This document shows positions 60,674-64,000 of a DNA stretch of 64,000 nt, one piece after another. How positions within the stretch are numbered: position 1 is the stretch's first letter; every line of letters starts with the position of its first letter. The translations under genes and the position numbers were made by a program. Below the pieces are notes generated by a model. The model saw only the letters and a program-made list of their open reading frames with translations. It was not told where the DNA came from and did no database searches. The stretch is from Macrostomum lignano (Eukaryota): positions 327,304 through 391,303 of the forward strand of contig NIVC01000991.1 in the NCBI GenBank assembly GCA_002269645.1, in the 5' to 3' direction.

Positions 60674-61861
60674 CAGAGGGGTGTCCCAAAAGTTGGTGCA
60701 CTTTCTTCACTACAGCCTTTTCTGACCAATCAAAAATATTTATTTTGTAGCAGTTAATAAGAGAATTATCTGCCTGTTAAAATGACTTTCTGTTTATTTT
60801 TGTATCTGCTAGAATTCTTGAGATATGAGCATTTTTATGCCCTAACCCCTATGCTACTTTTACAAATTGCCATAGACCAAAGCTTTGTACCTGATACACA
60901 AAACAACGAAAGATTCAACAAATCAACAAAACATTTGCAACATGAAAGCTGGGGAAAGAATAGTCAAAGTTAATCATCAACATTGTCCTGAGGCTTCTCT
61001 ACATAGTCACCACTGCGCTGCACACTTTTGTCATTGGCAATCGCATCAGCAAAGGCATCAGCAATGGCATCAACAAATTTAGGAATTGCTTGACATTGAT
61101 TCCAGACTGACAGTTTGTGAGATTGATCAGATTGATCACATGCTTGGCAGTCCAAAGTTCACTGTTCCACACTGCACAATGACTACAGAGTTGGACCAGT
61201 CAAAGATCTCGGCCTGCTGAGTACTGCGGCTCTATACCTTTTGAACCATGACAATGCAAGTCCCCACACAGCCAAGAATATAGAGGAGACAATCAAGCAG
61301 GCAAATTTTGAGCTGCTCTAACACCCACGCCTTCTCTCTGGATTTGTCACCAGCTGACTTTTCCATCTTTCCAAAGATGAAGCTGCTGCATGGACGAATC
61401 TTTGCTTGTTGTGGGAGCCTGGAAGCATTGACTCACCAAGTTTTCCTTCATGAGATGCCGCACTCAGATTTTGCTGATGCCATTTACGACATGCACAGCC
61501 AATGGCAGAAGTGTGCAGCGCAGTGATGATTATGTGGAGAAGCCTCAGAACAATATTAATGATTAACTTTGACTATTCTTTCTTCAGCTTTCATGTTGCG
61601 GATGTTTTATTGATTTGTTGAATGTTTTGTTGTTTTGTGCATCAGGTACAAAGCTTTGGTCTATGGCAATTTGTAAAAGTAGCACAGGGGGTGGGGCATA
61701 AAAATGCTCATATCTCAAGAATTCCAGCAGATACAGAAATAAACAGAAAGTCATTTTAATGGGCAGATAGTTCTTTTGTTAACTGCTACAATATAAATAT
61801 TTCTAATTGATTAGAAAAGGCTGTATTGAAGAAAGTGCACCAACTTTTGGGACACCCCTTG
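60674..61861. mobile_element. Palindromic mariner (Tc1/mariner) derivative made of two transposase 3' halves joined head-to-head
   Basis: Inverted arms of about 400 bp ending in (CA)AGGGGTGTCCCAAAAG, with TA at the right end. The plus strand has decayed HDNASPHTA..HP..LDLSPADF..WQKC..DYVEK. The minus strand has a second C-terminus ending SGDYVEK. Confidence 0.88.
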
Positions 61862-64000
61862 TAGGTCTCTATTACTTATTATTGAAGACAAGTCCCTATG
61901 GCTTCTAGTCAATCTGGCAACAAGACAATCTAGCAACAATTTTTTTATTATGGATTTTATGGATTTTAGATATAAACAAAACTTTATATGCACATAGCTT
62001 TCAATTTTATAATATAGATAATTCACTTTAGGATGGAAATGCAAAATGTATGATTATACTTAATTGACTTACTTGACTTAATTTTAAATGTTTTAATATA
62101 TCTAATAAAACTTAAATGTAGAATTTAGTGAAAAAAGAATGTATCAATTTAATGCAATTTCCTATTTCTATGCAATATTATCATTATAAGAAAACAAGCT
62201 ATTCAAACCTGCATATTTTTAACCAATCCACATTGCCATATATGCACTATACTCCTTTAGGGCCTAATCCAATCTGATTGATAATTCCTATTTTCAATCC
62301 ATGGAGCTATTTTGCAAACTTTATTAAAATAAATAGTTTACTATTAAGCTATTAAAAAACTCTATTTAAAATTATCTTGATACAAGCCTTTACCAATCCT
62401 AATAATATTTTCCATTGCAATATAAAATAGGGACCTAAGACTAGTTGTATGGTACTTAAACTAGGCATAGCCTAGGCCTAAAAGACAAACAAAAATAGGC
62501 CTAAGCCTAGTTTAAATGCAATGGGTTGGAGAAGCTATTTAATCTAATACCTTACCTAGAACTAGAACCTAGATTAGGCCTAGGCCTAGAACCTAGACCT
62601 AGTTGAGCAAATAAGCCAAATCTAGCTAAATGAAAACATTAAGCCTATTACCAACTAATGACTAATTTTTGATATGACTATTTCTTAGGCTAATAATTAT
62701 TATATTTAGACTTAGTGATTAATTACTGACGTGGATTAGGCCTAGGCCCCTACCTTAGATTAGGCATCCATCAACATAGCTGCCATAGCAAGCTAGCTAA
62801 CTAAGCACATTATACAGCCAAAAATATTTTGCCTGGCCACCTCTGCCTAGCTCAGTTTGTCCAAAGTTTAACTGTTCACAGTGCATTAACTTTAAGTCAA
62901 GTTCAATGCAGGCTAACAGTAACAGTAGCAGTGTCAAAAGTTAGGCTGGCTGGGCATGGTCGAAGGTCGAGAAACGAAAATTAAGAACGAAGGAATTTCT
63001 TCTTAGTTAGACCAAAGAACACCATAGTTCAAATAAATACCACTCACTGATGAAACTTTTCTTATCTTATCTTTTTTTTCAATTAAGACGTTGCGAGCGC
63101 AAGCATAGCACTAATCTTATTCGTACAGTATATCAGTAAGTCAATAGCAGCATGGATCGGATTTTTCAGGGTGAAACCGTAAATTCTGAGTAATTCAAAG
63201 AAAATATAGCTCTAACAAACTAATGCACGATTTACTCAATTAAAAATTTAAAATGTATTTTAAGGTTAAAAAATAATTCCGTTTTTATTATTTATAATAA
63301 TAAAAATAGCTGCTTGTTAAGCCAAACAAAATCTTTCGAGTATTAGTTTCAAAAAAACTAATTTATAAGAAACTTTGATCTTCATACAGATAAAACGGGT
63401 TTGAGTTGGAATTACTTTACGCAGTAGTACGAAGTACGGTTAAGTGTTTTCTTTTTTCGTTTATTTTTTGTTCAAAGCAATAAATTTAGATACAATCACA
63501 TCTTTGTCAGAAAGTTGGGTTATAGCACCGAATTATTATTTATACTATTGTCCAAGAGGATTTGCATTTGATTTAATGTTAATATTAAATATTATTATTG
63601 TTATTATTTATTCTTATTATTAAAAGACGATGTTTGCTATTAAACAGAGCTATATTTTGTTATAGCACCGGACAGAACCTCTGCTGAATATATATCCAAA
63701 CTAGCTAGCTCATAGCCTAGCTCTCACATTTTTCAATTGTGAAATTAAGTATTGTTACATTATGTCATTACATACTACAATTTATAAGACTACAAGCTGT
63801 TGAAACCCGCGGTTTTGAACCCGGGGAATTCCAATCTCCGGAACTACTTTTGCATGTATTCTGAAATCTAAGGCCATACCCATACACAAACAAATTAATA
63901 GTTAGTAGGATAGAGGTAGACATAAAATGGAGCACATTCGTGTAAAATTAGGTTTGAGGCAAACGTTTATATTGTTTGCTGGAATGCTGGGGTACTCCAC

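Overview
Eukaryotic (animal) genomic DNA with spliced genes and a very heavy load of intronic mini- and microsatellites. The style resembles a free-living flatworm such as Macrostomum, but that is an inference. Seven protein-coding loci can be reconstructed by hand from GT-AG sites and conserved motifs. (1) A LIV-1-family ZIP zinc transporter (ZIP6/ZIP10-like; minus strand; runs off the left edge). (2) A GOLGA4/golgin-245 orthologue (plus strand, 16 exons, about 2760 aa) with a 5-kb exon built from nested coiled-coil repeats and a 1-nt frame discrepancy in exon 2. (3-5) Three tandem EHBP1-like paralogues (minus strand). (6) HADHB (minus, 3 exons). (7) An intron-free KDEL receptor CDS (minus). 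The most striking result is the EHBP1 cluster. All three copies keep NT-C2 + CH domains, the same two intron positions and a C-terminal CaaX box (CCVM, CAVL, CSLL), but only the last copy keeps the Rab-binding, autoinhibitory bMERB domain. Mobile elements include three non-autonomous DNA transposons with clean TSDs, a decayed RTE-like LINE, tRNA-derived SINE heads and a palindromic mariner derivative flanked by a 61-bp duplication. No prokaryotic features or CRISPR arrays were found. Most long ORFs in the supplied track are artefacts of tandem repeats. All exon models are manual and lack transcript support.
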